From IMG/VR virus record IMGVR_UViG_3300044715_000653: a DNA stretch of 20,000 nucleotides, one strand, 5' to 3'. How positions within the stretch are numbered: position 1 is the first letter of the stretch; every line of letters begins with the position of its first letter. This stretch comes from an uncultured virus (IMG/VR IMGVR_UViG_3300044715_000653). Lineage: Duplodnaviria > Heunggongvirae > Uroviricota > Caudoviricetes. The notes beneath the pieces are model-generated. The model saw nothing but the letters and a program-made list of their open reading frames with translations. It had not been told where the DNA came from and made no database searches. A program made the translations under genes and the position numbers. Below, piece after piece: positions 1 through 9,025 of this stretch.

Positions 1-456
1 TTAGTTAACTGTTGCATCTTCCATTCCTGCTGTGCGCAGTCTAACAATATGCCCAATCATGTATGATTTTGCTTCAAGCCCTTTCATAATACCAAGCCAT
101 TTATTACGCAGTAGAGCAACTTCGTTAATGATAGTTTCCATATCAATAACTTCGCTTTCGCCGTCGACATACTTTTCAGCATCGCGACTAGTCAGCGCAC
201 GTGCATAGGCTTCGAGATATTTTTTATAGTGGTCTTGTCGAATTTTGCGAAGTTTGATGTTGAGAAAGTTAAGCACCGCTTCAATCTCTTGTAATTGATT
301 GAAACGTTGCTCTGTAACTCCAGGTAAAGTAGCCAGGCCTTTTTCAATATTACCATTTACCTTGACTTCACGTTTAGCTACATCTAGTTCAGTAGTGTAG
401 TAATCGATGAAGTCAGGTAAAGTGCCAATATTTTGTACTACTTTGTTATACCACAT
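1..456 (-). CDS. uvsY: Recombination mediator protein UvsY-like
   Basis: 151 aa helical protein with 'RKIRQDHYKKYLE...LTSRDAEKYVDGE...' resembling the UvsY family; lies downstream of uvsX and gp32; complete, with TAA at 1-3. Confidence 0.75.
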   Translation of the reverse strand: MWYNKVVQNIGTLPDFIDYYTTELDVAKREVKVNGNIEKGLATLPGVTEQRFNQLQEIEAVLNFLNIKLRKIRQDHYKKYLEAYARALTSRDAEKYVDGESEVIDMETIINEVALLRNKWLGIMKGLEAKSYMIGHIVRLRTAGMEDATVN

Positions 457-458
457 AC

Positions 459-689
459 TTACTCGTCATCGTAGTCATCTTCAGGTTCAGCTTCCTCGCC
501 CAAGTATTCTTCTACTGCGCGACGTAAGTAGGCATCCGTACCACCAAACTTTTTCAGGTCTGCTTCTGTAATGCTATGGTCTGCCACAACATTAACTACA
601 TGATCTGCTACTGCTTGGCGATCTTTTTGCGAAATGTATTCTTTAGTAGTAAGCCACATTTCACTTAAAATTTCCACATCAATACTCAT
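459..689 (-). CDS. Hypothetical small acidic protein (76 aa)
   Basis: Start overlaps the uvsX stop (TAATG at 689) and the stop lies 2 nt before the uvsY ATG; acidic tail EPEDDYDDE. Confidence 0.75.
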   Translation of the reverse strand: MSIDVEILSEMWLTTKEYISQKDRQAVADHVVNVVADHSITEADLKKFGGTDAYLRRAVEEYLGEEAEPEDDYDDE

Positions 690-1786
690 TATTCAATTCC
701 TTGTTCAAGTACTTCGTTTTCAGATACGTCATCTGTAACTTTAGTAACTTCTGTACTTAGCAAATGAAGATTAGATGAAATTTCTTTCATAACTTTATCT
801 AAACATTCATCTTCGTTGCGTTCCCATGCTTTACGAAATTTCTTAATGACAGTACTGTCGGACAATGTGTACACTAAACTATTACCTTCTTTCTTAAGCA
901 GGTTTTTAGCTTCTAACATATCTACCATACCTGAGTAAGGACTCATACCGGTTTCATATGGAATCTCTACTTGTACTGACTCAAACGGTTTAGCGTAACG
1001 TGTTTTCATAATCTTACAAGCGGCACGTATACCGTTAACTGTTGTTGTCTTATTACCATCAGCGTCTGTTTTAAGTTTAAGTTTGCGCATAGCTACAACA
1101 ATACTCGAAGCGTAGATAAAGCCCTGACCACCTGATATTTTATCATCTGGGTCAAACATATCTTGGCTTGCGTATGTATGGTTAGTTGCCACTAAGCCTA
1201 AGTTTAATGTACCAAACATGTTTACGCAGTTACGTACAAGTGCTGTTAGTGCTTTAGGTTTACGACCCATATCACCTTTCATTTCACCTGCTTCAAACTG
1301 ATTAACGTCTGTTGGTGTTAGCATCATACCCAAGCTGTCTAATACAAACAATACTTTTGGACGGTCGTCTTCCGGAAGTGTACGGTATTCTTTAACAAAG
1401 TCGCTGATAACTTTAGCTACATCATCAATCATAGCCATATTAAGTTTAAGTAACTTGCTTTCGTCTGTATCTACACCTAATGCGTGTAGCCATGCTTCAT
1501 CAAGTGCGTTTTCTGTATCAATTAAGATAACATAGATGCCTTGCTCTTGTGCATGTCTAACAATATTACCTGAGCAGATAAATGATTTACCTGCGCCTGA
1601 TTCACCAGCAAACACAGTTACCTTACCCATTGGGATGCCTTTGTTAAAGTCTCCGCTTAATAGGTAGTTTAATGTGTAATTACCTGTACTAATCCAATCA
1701 GTTGGATCGTTAAAGCCAATACCTAAGCCTTCAATACTTTTGGTAATTGACTTTCTAAATTTACTAATGTCGAATGGTTTTGCCAT
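689..1786 (-). CDS. uvsX: RecA-like recombinase UvsX
   Basis: Walker A GESGAGKS, 'IDTENALD', Walker B 'FVLDSLG', 'ISGGQGFIYASS', 'KTRYAKPF'; SD AAGGA upstream. Confidence 0.95.
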   Translation of the reverse strand: MAKPFDISKFRKSITKSIEGLGIGFNDPTDWISTGNYTLNYLLSGDFNKGIPMGKVTVFAGESGAGKSFICSGNIVRHAQEQGIYVILIDTENALDEAWLHALGVDTDESKLLKLNMAMIDDVAKVISDFVKEYRTLPEDDRPKVLFVLDSLGMMLTPTDVNQFEAGEMKGDMGRKPKALTALVRNCVNMFGTLNLGLVATNHTYASQDMFDPDDKISGGQGFIYASSIVVAMRKLKLKTDADGNKTTTVNGIRAACKIMKTRYAKPFESVQVEIPYETGMSPYSGMVDMLEAKNLLKKEGNSLVYTLSDSTVIKKFRKAWERNEDECLDKVMKEISSNLHLLSTEVTKVTDDVSENEVLEQGIE

Positions 1787-1804
1787 GAGAATGTCCTTTT
1801 AATT

Positions 1805-1830
1805 GAAATAGGGGGCATTGCGCCCCCATA
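1805..1830 (-). terminator. GC-rich hairpin between gp32 and uvsX (weak intrinsic terminator or processing stem)
   Basis: Minus strand reads GGGGGC-GCAAT-GCCCCC followed by TATTTC. Confidence 0.6.
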
Positions 1831-1842
1831 CGCATTATCTAC

Positions 1843-2868
1843 TTAAGATGTCTTTTGACGATTGCGAATCATTGCAAGGATGTCTTCAGCACGTTGACCG
1901 CCAGCTGCCGGAGTTGCAATTGGTGCTGTAGGAGCACTAACTGCTACTTCATCTGTGTCAAATGGTACATCAACTGCCGCAGGAGCACTTTCAACATGCT
2001 CAGAAACAACTGCACGGTCTGCTGGTTGAGCTGCTACATCATTTGATGTAGTAGTTGCCGGTGTATTTGCTGTGTATGAACCACGTGGTTTAAAGTATGC
2101 GCCCCAACGTTCTTCATCATACGGTTGTCCGTCAACTGATGCTTCAAACATTTCTTTCATGATTTTAAGCTCTGCTTCGTTAGGACGTTTAGGCAAGAAG
2201 TCAGCAAGGTTATATAAACCAAACTTCTCAATTGCTTCAGCTTCGTCTTGCGTTAAAGCAGATTCTTTACGTGACCATTTACTAGTACTGTAGTCAGCAT
2301 AACCACCTTTACTTGTTTTAGTTGCTGTAAAGTCTAACCCACCTGCATAGTCAGTTGGCAAGTTTTCTAACTCTGGATCCATCAATGCTGATTTAACCAA
2401 GTTAAAGATTTGTGGACTGATGATGAAACGACGAATTGGATTTTCTGGTGTCTTGTCATCTTTCAAAGGATTCTCGCGTACAAATCCTTGGAATAAGTAT
2501 GATTTCTTTTTCCAGTACTTACGACCCATTTCTTCTAAACTTGGATCTTTAAACCATGTACGCACTTCTGCTAGGATTGGGCATGATTCTCCCCACATCT
2601 CAACACATGGTACTTGTACTGTTGTTTTTTTACTGTCTGTTTGGCCTTTGATGCCAGCGAACTCTAAGTTGATCATATTACGTTCAACCCAGAAGAATGT
2701 GTTTTTTGGATCTGCATCTGGTAAGAAACGGATACGTGCTGTTGCACCTTCGTCAATATTCCAGTGTGCGTAGATTGCGTTGTCGCCGCCGCCTGTTGAT
2801 GATTTACCTGAACTACGTGTGTCTTGCGCTTGTAACTTTGCTCTAATTTCTGCTAATGATGTTGCCAT
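1843..2868 (-). CDS. 32: Single-stranded DNA-binding protein gp32-like
   Basis: 'ARIRFLPDAD', 'SCPI', 'KYWKKKSYLFQGFV', 'KGGYADYSTSKW'; start corrected to ATG 2868 (MATSLAEIRAK) because CAGGAG lies 9 nt upstream. Confidence 0.9.
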   Translation of the reverse strand: MATSLAEIRAKLQAQDTRSSGKSSTGGGDNAIYAHWNIDEGATARIRFLPDADPKNTFFWVERNMINLEFAGIKGQTDSKKTTVQVPCVEMWGESCPILAEVRTWFKDPSLEEMGRKYWKKKSYLFQGFVRENPLKDDKTPENPIRRFIISPQIFNLVKSALMDPELENLPTDYAGGLDFTATKTSKGGYADYSTSKWSRKESALTQDEAEAIEKFGLYNLADFLPKRPNEAELKIMKEMFEASVDGQPYDEERWGAYFKPRGSYTANTPATTTSNDVAAQPADRAVVSEHVESAPAAVDVPFDTDEVAVSAPTAPIATPAAGGQRAEDILAMIRNRQKTS

Positions 2869-2933
2869 AATGTATTTCTCCTGTTGTTTTAAGTTGGTCT
2901 TTAATATAAGTAACTTCCCGCTACCTACAATAG

Positions 2934-2982
2934 TATTTATCACCTATACAATAATAATACGTTATATTGATAGTATGGTCAA
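2934..2982 (-). promoter_or_regulatory. Tandem promoters for gp32: sigma70-type (TTGACC-N17-TATTAT) plus late-type TAAATA
   Basis: -35 at 2977-2982, -10 at 2954-2959, 17-nt spacer; TAAATA at 2934-2939. Confidence 0.7.
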
Positions 2983-2984
2983 GT

Positions 2985-3010
2985 AAAAAGGCACTCAAAA
3001 GTGCCTTTTT
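2985..3010. terminator. Intrinsic terminator (symmetrical, potentially bidirectional)
   Basis: Perfect inverted repeat AAAAAGGCACT-CAAA-AGTGCCTTTTT immediately after the 3026 stop. Confidence 0.85.
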
Positions 3011-3025
3011 GGTAAAACTAATTTA

Positions 3026-5167
3026 TTATATCCCTGCTATCTTGCGCATTTGCGCAATATCTTCACTGAACTGTTTGTTATATAATGATACATCGTCTTC
3101 CGGTTCATCTTTAGCTATTGCCTTGATACCATGAGGAATAGTAGTTAGTTTGTCTTTGAAGCTTAATGGTTTTGCGCCCATACGTTTTAGTTTTTCATCT
3201 TTGTTTACGTGATCTTCATATCCTTCTGCTAATGCCGCTTTCATTTCTTCTTTAGATTTGCCATATTTTGCCTGAAATTCTTCGTCTGACAGTTCCGTAA
3301 GGTCCATGTCAACTTCTTTCATTTTGCCTTCGTCAAGTTCAGCGTTAGCCAACTCTTCAGACTTACGGCGAGCAACGTCACTTGAGTGTGTTACTTTGCC
3401 GCGCGGATCTTTACCTTGTGCGGGCTGCCAATCACTTTCGTGTTCCCAACCAGTTAGTTTACCTGTTTTAGGATCATACTTTATTGTATCTTTTACTTCG
3501 TTCATTTCTGGATATTCTACACCTACTTCACGGTATACTTCACGGACCATAATACTAACATCGCTCGAGCCCAATTCTTCTACTGGTGCGTGGAAACTTG
3601 CTACATCACGGGCAGCATTCATAACACCATCTGGACCTGCTTTCATTAATAGTTCTTGATGTTGCCCAATGTTTTGTGTAATTCTACGGATAATTGCTGT
3701 TTGAATGGACTCAACTTGATCTTCATCATACTCGCCCTCACTCATACCACGATTAAACTGATCTGGATTATCACGATCTTGATCAAACTCCATGTCGCTA
3801 CCGTATTCTTGATCAGGCTCGTCAAGGTCACGATCAAATTCCATTTCATCATCACTTTCGTCCATAGTTTGATCAGCTGGTTCTACGTCGCCGATTTCGT
3901 TCATAACTTTACCGTAGATTTCTGGCATATTTTCTTGTACCCAGTCCATAACTACATCACGTGCATCAGCTTCTGGGTTTTCTTCTGCTAAATCACCTAG
4001 ACGATCAAACAATACATCGTCGCCGATTAAGTTATATAATGCACTAGTAGCGTTAGTAGCATCTACACCAACAATAAGTGGTTCCATTAGTAAATCAATC
4101 AGTTCAGAAACTTGTTCTTCACCTTCTGGTGTAGCCCATGTACCTTCAGCTACATTAGTAGCCCATGATTCAAATTGTTGTGCGAATTTATTAGATTTTT
4201 TCATATTATATGCCTTTTGTACAATTGGTAATGCTGTATCAGTTGCGTCATTGTAAGTTTTTCTAACGAATCGCTCACGCATACTATCAACGTCAAATTC
4301 ATCCATTAGAGTTTGTTCATCCATCTGGAAATTTTCTTTGCAAGCAGCGTAACCCTTACGTCCGCTCATTCTTTTTAGAGTGTCATTCAATAGGCCATGA
4401 TATTCAAATGCCGCTTCTACCATAGCCTGTGTTTCTTGATCTTCAAATGTTCTACGTACCATTTGTGATTTAAATGGGCGTAGTTTACTGCATTCTTCTG
4501 CTACTTTAGTAATGTGCTGTCCGAAATCATCATTTACATTACCGCCTTCTGATACGTGTCGTGCCATAGCACGTGCGTATTTTAAATTATTATATGGTAA
4601 TTTGAAACGTTCACCGTCTGTTGTTTCAACAAATAGAGCTTTAATTTTACGACTACGTGCACCACGTTGCTCTGGGTCTACTCTGTCGCTATGACGTACA
4701 ATAATCTTTACGTTACCATCTTGCTCGTAACTGCTACGACTTGTGCCGTGCATTCTGCTTTCACCAATAACTTCATCTTTATTGTATGTGCTGTCTGATT
4801 TGCTTACCTGTTGCAGGTCACGATGTTTTAGTGTACTACGTGTAATATCACGTGGCTCAAAGCTCAATAGATTACGTTTAGCAAACTCACGTAACTCTCT
4901 TAAAAAACCATACCATTTAGCTTGTTGTTCTTCATCTAGTTCGCTACTGATATTTTTACTAAAGTACACCTTAAGCGAAGTTTCGTCGATAACACTAATT
5001 GTTATGTTGCCGTGACTAACACCGTCGACTGTATAGTCAAAGTTGAAAAAACGTGCGTCTTCTGGATTTTGTGTAGCTTTGGCATTTTCATCGCCTAAAC
5101 TAACATCTTCAAAACGATCACGGATCTTTTCAAATAGTGCGTCGGATATTTTATTAATTTCTCTCAT
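3026..5167 (-). CDS. Large acidic modular hypothetical protein (713 aa), putative head/core (virion) protein
   Basis: Long ORF; start set to ATG 5167 (MREINKIS), 5 nt after TAAATA; globular-looking N-terminal half; acidic C-terminal half punctuated by hydrophobic-x-E sites; ends 'EDIAQMRKIAGI'. Confidence 0.7.
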   Translation of the reverse strand: MREINKISDALFEKIRDRFEDVSLGDENAKATQNPEDARFFNFDYTVDGVSHGNITISVIDETSLKVYFSKNISSELDEEQQAKWYGFLRELREFAKRNLLSFEPRDITRSTLKHRDLQQVSKSDSTYNKDEVIGESRMHGTSRSSYEQDGNVKIIVRHSDRVDPEQRGARSRKIKALFVETTDGERFKLPYNNLKYARAMARHVSEGGNVNDDFGQHITKVAEECSKLRPFKSQMVRRTFEDQETQAMVEAAFEYHGLLNDTLKRMSGRKGYAACKENFQMDEQTLMDEFDVDSMRERFVRKTYNDATDTALPIVQKAYNMKKSNKFAQQFESWATNVAEGTWATPEGEEQVSELIDLLMEPLIVGVDATNATSALYNLIGDDVLFDRLGDLAEENPEADARDVVMDWVQENMPEIYGKVMNEIGDVEPADQTMDESDDEMEFDRDLDEPDQEYGSDMEFDQDRDNPDQFNRGMSEGEYDEDQVESIQTAIIRRITQNIGQHQELLMKAGPDGVMNAARDVASFHAPVEELGSSDVSIMVREVYREVGVEYPEMNEVKDTIKYDPKTGKLTGWEHESDWQPAQGKDPRGKVTHSSDVARRKSEELANAELDEGKMKEVDMDLTELSDEEFQAKYGKSKEEMKAALAEGYEDHVNKDEKLKRMGAKPLSFKDKLTTIPHGIKAIAKDEPEDDVSLYNKQFSEDIAQMRKIAGI
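3760..3844 (-). repeat. Two-copy 51-nt (17 aa) intragenic tandem repeat
   Basis: MEFDRDLDEPDQ / MEFDQDRDNPDQ; the ATG codons at 3844 and 3793 are 51 nt apart. Confidence 0.75.
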
Positions 5168-5172
5168 AGTAT

Positions 5173-5178
5173 TATTTA
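5173..5178 (-). promoter_or_regulatory. T4-type late promoter core TAAATA
   Basis: GATAAATAATACTATG on the minus strand. Confidence 0.7.
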
Positions 5179-5181
5179 TCT

Positions 5182-5724
5182 TTAAGCGTAAAACCAAGTA
5201 TATGAACTAAGTCGAATAAAATTATCAGGTACAGGTTTTATCATCCCGTGAAAATTGTAGTCAGTGTTAACCATAATATAGCCAAAGTTTGAACGATATG
5301 GTATAGAATGTTGGTAAGCACCGTCTATACTATTGCTAAAATATGTACCTAAATCAGTATCTCCCTCATTTAAATATACCTGTAGAGTAATATACACCCC
5401 ATCGTTATCAAGGTGCCTAGAAATATTATATCCTGGGTAATCTGCCCATACTCGAGTATCAGCAGTTGTAATCGATTTATCTGTTAAGGCTTGTATTTCT
5501 GGAATAAGTGTACGTACATAGTCGTTTAATTTTGAAAATACATCAGGAGATTCAGATATAAGCATTCGGCGAGGAGTATCAACTTGAGTATAAATACCAT
5601 CACCTAGCGGTTCCCAACGAAAATTATTAATATCTTGTTGTTGACAGTCTGCTATTAATTCTTGTGGGTAGACATCTTCTACGCTAAACAGTGTATTAAA
5701 TTCGTTTAATGGGGTTATTTTCAT
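5182..5724 (-). CDS. 2OG-Fe(II) oxygenase superfamily protein
   Basis: HxD 'HLD', 'LQVYLN', 'GTYF', distal His 'FHGM', 2OG-binding 'RLS'. Confidence 0.85.
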   Translation of the reverse strand: MKITPLNEFNTLFSVEDVYPQELIADCQQQDINNFRWEPLGDGIYTQVDTPRRMLISESPDVFSKLNDYVRTLIPEIQALTDKSITTADTRVWADYPGYNISRHLDNDGVYITLQVYLNEGDTDLGTYFSNSIDGAYQHSIPYRSNFGYIMVNTDYNFHGMIKPVPDNFIRLSSYTWFYA

Positions 5725-5730
5725 AATTTT

Positions 5731-7293
5731 TTAAAACATTATAAATGGCATAGGTTCGATAAAGTCATCGAGTGTGTCACGCATTGCATTATCAAGTGTT
5801 GCATCATAGGTTTGTAGTAGCATGGCCATACGTATTATTAATACCAGACTCATTACTAAGTCATCTGTTTCGCCGGGTTTAGCCGCAAAACTCGAACCAT
5901 TGGCTACAAATGTTTTTAATTCTGATATCAAGTTCTTACTGGCAATAGTCATGCGCTTGGTTTCTATTAGATTCTTTAACTTAGAACAAGCTGATATTTT
6001 GCTTTTGTTTGTGGTATTAAAGCCTTTACGATAGCGTCTGCCCGATCCTATAGCCTTAGGTTCATTTAAGAATGTTCCTTTGATGTTTTCTTCGCCCATT
6101 TCTGCTACTGTTATCAAGGCCGCTTCGCCTATTGTATTGTTTTCCATACTGTAGTAAATGTTATTTACTGGCACTGTTTCTGCTAGATAACGTGTAATTT
6201 CTCTGAGTATGCCAATCTGTTGCTGTATCGGTGTGCGATTGTGTTGCCATTCGCCTACTTGCATAAAGCTAGGCAATTCAAATATTTGTATTGCGGCCGG
6301 ATCACCGCCTGTGCCTAGACTAGGATCTAATGCAACAAGATATGTATTTGTTGGGTTTGGCTTTTTATACCAACGTATTTGACCCTGTCGTTCAATTGGG
6401 TCAATGCCGTCCATTTCAATTAAATGGCCGGGATTAATAAGTGTTTCGTCCCAAATAATAAATTCGCAGTCCATTTCACGACGGAAACGTTCCTCACCAA
6501 GTTGACTACGCTGTTCCTCGGCCCACTTATCGTCCCTATCCGGATGTTCACGCCAATAGCTACGGAATGATTTAAACCCATTAACACCCAATTCAGTGGC
6601 ATTGCCAAATTCATCAATGCATTTGTTGGCTCCTTTCCATAGGGTTGCAAACTGATCTTCGTCTGAATTGGGAGTTGATGTGATGATACATTTACCACCT
6701 GTTGCTAGTGTAGGACTAATTGAAGTCCAGAATTCACGGCCAATAGTACTGCGCACAAATGCAAACTCATCACAATATAGTAATGATATTGACAGACCGC
6801 GACCTGTGTTTTCTGTAGTGGTACTTGACATAATACGGCTGCCGTTTTCAAAGTCTATACTACCTTTGTTATAGCTAGTTGCGCCAGCACGTATAAAGTC
6901 TGGACATAGCTCATATGCATACCGTATACGTGACATAATTTCCTGCGAACCTGTAAACTTATGCGCTGCAATTAGAATAGTACTGTCCGGCACAAACATT
7001 GCGTACCATAACAAGTAACCGGCGGCACTTGTTGACTTACCTGTTTGTCGAGGCATCAATGATATGCTAAAGCGATAGTTATGATATGTGTTAATTAAAC
7101 GTTTTTGATAATCAAATGGAGCATACAACATACGTCCTTGAGTAGGATGCTGTATATAGAAGTAATGACTCATGAAATACTGCGGCCCAGTGATTGGGTC
7201 AGCACACCGAGCAAACTCTAAGATTTGCTCTTCAGTAAAGGTTTCTGTTTGGTGCGCACGTTTTACAAGTACGCCTTCAAGTGATTTAGCCAT
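5731..7293 (-). CDS. 17: Terminase large subunit gp17
   Basis: Adenine-binding 'DYQK', Walker A 'PRQTGKST', Walker B 'LLYCDEFAF', coupling motif 'ITSTPN', nuclease 'LDPSLG' and 'DDLVMS'; start set to ATG 7293 (MAKSLEG). Confidence 0.96.
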   Translation of the reverse strand: MAKSLEGVLVKRAHQTETFTEEQILEFARCADPITGPQYFMSHYFYIQHPTQGRMLYAPFDYQKRLINTYHNYRFSISLMPRQTGKSTSAAGYLLWYAMFVPDSTILIAAHKFTGSQEIMSRIRYAYELCPDFIRAGATSYNKGSIDFENGSRIMSSTTTENTGRGLSISLLYCDEFAFVRSTIGREFWTSISPTLATGGKCIITSTPNSDEDQFATLWKGANKCIDEFGNATELGVNGFKSFRSYWREHPDRDDKWAEEQRSQLGEERFRREMDCEFIIWDETLINPGHLIEMDGIDPIERQGQIRWYKKPNPTNTYLVALDPSLGTGGDPAAIQIFELPSFMQVGEWQHNRTPIQQQIGILREITRYLAETVPVNNIYYSMENNTIGEAALITVAEMGEENIKGTFLNEPKAIGSGRRYRKGFNTTNKSKISACSKLKNLIETKRMTIASKNLISELKTFVANGSSFAAKPGETDDLVMSLVLIIRMAMLLQTYDATLDNAMRDTLDDFIEPMPFIMF

Positions 7294-7298
7294 ACAAA

Positions 7299-7328
7299 TA
7301 CTTATCACACCTACGCAATAACTAAATA
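7299..7328. promoter_or_regulatory. Back-to-back divergent late-type promoters: TAAGTA (minus, 7299-7304) and TAAATA (plus, 7323-7328)
   Basis: Each motif is exactly 5 nt upstream of its ATG (7293 and 7334). Confidence 0.65.
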
Positions 7329-7333
7329 TCTTT

Positions 7334-8398
7334 ATGCTAAATTCTTTAATTTATTGTGCTAACTCCATTAGTACAGATCAGTTTGACAATAGTAAGCATA
7401 CTGACAATTTAGATACGTATATGCATGATACAGAACATAAAAAATATGCCTTTTTAATCTGTTGGAATAGCGAAGACCTCATTAAATATAGTAATCTCTC
7501 CGCCGACATTGCTAAAGTGAGTGAACATGTATTCTTATATGCATCAGAATTTTATGCACTATATTTGGATTCACTTAAAGAATTTGATAGGCCAAATGTT
7601 ACCATATTCTGCCCTAAGATTAATATAACGTTTAATTTTGCACAAGTTCATCCATGGCACTACTGGCTTAGTGATACAGTATCCTTGTATAAACATTATA
7701 TTCCAAATTGGTTAGACTCGCTTATAATAAATCAACCAAAAGAAAAATATTTTGATGTATTATTAGGGCACCAACGTCAAAGTAGAGATTATCTGTATAA
7801 TCAATTACAGACTATAGATAAAAGTAAAATACATTTATCCTATCAAAAAAAAGGACAATCGATATCTCAAAATACAGATGCGTGGCTATGTTTAGATACT
7901 AGACTACAATCATTTTGTAGTAATGCGTATGATTCATCGCATGATACCTTCGTCAACGGTTTTAAATATAATCTTAGTCAATTTATTGATGTGGGTATAT
8001 ACAATACGTCTGCATACACTCTTGTATCCGAAACCAATACCGATAATATTATGAGTTGGTTTACTGAAAAAACAGCTAAACCTATACTTGCAAAACGATT
8101 ATTTTTAGCATTGGCTAATCAAGGATTCCTTAAAGAGTTACGTGAGTTAGGTTTTCAAACTTTTAATGGTATAATAGACGAAAGTTATGATAACGTAAGC
8201 GATATACAAACTCGTGCTAGATTAATTGTGGAACAAATGAAGTTTTTAATGCAACAAGATCAGTCGACTATATTTGAAAAAATTAAACCTATAGTAGAAC
8301 ATAATTATCGGGTAATACAAACTATAGACTACCCGGGCGATATCCCAACTATATCAAAATTTTTTGCTATTCAAAAAGATTTTTCACCTGTCAAATAA
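7334..8398 (+). CDS. Hypothetical protein, putative glycosyltransferase-like (GT-B C-terminal signature)
   Basis: 354-aa ORF; C-terminal 'YTLVSET...FTEKTAKPILAKRLF...LRELGFQTF...IDESYD' recalls the 'ENS...YxTEK...' motif of GT10-like enzymes. The function call is tentative. Confidence 0.55.
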   Translation: MLNSLIYCANSISTDQFDNSKHTDNLDTYMHDTEHKKYAFLICWNSEDLIKYSNLSADIAKVSEHVFLYASEFYALYLDSLKEFDRPNVTIFCPKINITFNFAQVHPWHYWLSDTVSLYKHYIPNWLDSLIINQPKEKYFDVLLGHQRQSRDYLYNQLQTIDKSKIHLSYQKKGQSISQNTDAWLCLDTRLQSFCSNAYDSSHDTFVNGFKYNLSQFIDVGIYNTSAYTLVSETNTDNIMSWFTEKTAKPILAKRLFLALANQGFLKELRELGFQTFNGIIDESYDNVSDIQTRARLIVEQMKFLMQQDQSTIFEKIKPIVEHNYRVIQTIDYPGDIPTISKFFAIQKDFSPVK

Positions 8399-8679
8399 GG
8401 CTTAGAAAACCATAAACGAAACCATTCGGGTGTTCCAGGCTTTACATTATATTGATTTTGATAGTTTACTTTTTCCATAGCAGTGATGCTACAGTTACTA
8501 TCTTCGTCACTGGACTGACTAGCTGTGTATTCTTGCAGTTTAGCCAGGCCGCCTAAGCCAGATCCATTTAATCCAGCCAGTGCTTTCATTTCATGAATTG
8601 GATCAGCAGAATCAAGTACTGCATCAGGAATATTATCCCGAGAATAGTCTTGTGTGCGAATGGAATATTGTTTAAACAC
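8371..8679 (-). CDS. Hypothetical protein (102 aa)
   Basis: GTG start overlaps the upstream stop by 8 nt; contains 'IHEMKALAGL' and a C-terminal 'KPGTPEWFRLWFSKPYLTGE'. Confidence 0.7.
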   Translation of the reverse strand: MFKQYSIRTQDYSRDNIPDAVLDSADPIHEMKALAGLNGSGLGGLAKLQEYTASQSSDEDSNCSITAMEKVNYQNQYNVKPGTPEWFRLWFSKPYLTGEKSF

Positions 8680-9025
8680 CGTATTTGTTTTTCTTTGGAG
8701 CGGCTACAGGACTGACTTTGTTTATTTTGTTGGACTCAACACTATTTTTGCCGCCGTGGGTTTTACGTTTAAGTCCAAATTTCTTAGCTGCGTGAGCAAT
8801 AATTTCATCATCAGCATCACTGTAGCCTATTGTTACAAAGTCGCTGCCAGTGCCCGCCTGTTGATCAGCATCTACATCAGGGGCGCCTGCTAGCTCAATA
8901 CCAAAGCGGTATGCTAGATATGGATTAGCGTTGTTGTCTAAATGAGGGAAAGACTGAAGATTAGGAAGAGCATTTTTAGACGCCTTCCTAACATCACCTT
9001 CAGTAACTATTTCATTAATTTTCAT
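8672..9025 (-). CDS. Hypothetical protein (117 aa), putative head-packaged protein
   Basis: TAATG coupling at 9025; N-terminus 'MKINEIVTE|G' resembles a cleavable capsid-targeting leader. Confidence 0.7.
   Translation of the reverse strand: MKINEIVTEGDVRKASKNALPNLQSFPHLDNNANPYLAYRFGIELAGAPDVDADQQAGTGSDFVTIGYSDADDEIIAHAAKKFGLKRKTHGGKNSVESNKINKVSPVAAPKKNKYGV

Noticed and set aside
3042..3057. Inverted repeat TTGCGCA-TT-TGCGCAA
   Set aside because: A single occurrence within coding sequence (IAQMRK), plausibly chance.
1855..5015. Plus-strand ORFs antisense to gp32 and the 713-aa gene
   Set aside because: Shadow ORFs of strongly coding minus-strand genes, with Ser/Leu/Cys-rich composition and no SD or promoter.
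5822..6874. Short ORFs nested in terL (5822+, 6420-, 6668+)
   Set aside because: They lie entirely within a conserved terminase reading frame and have no independent signals.
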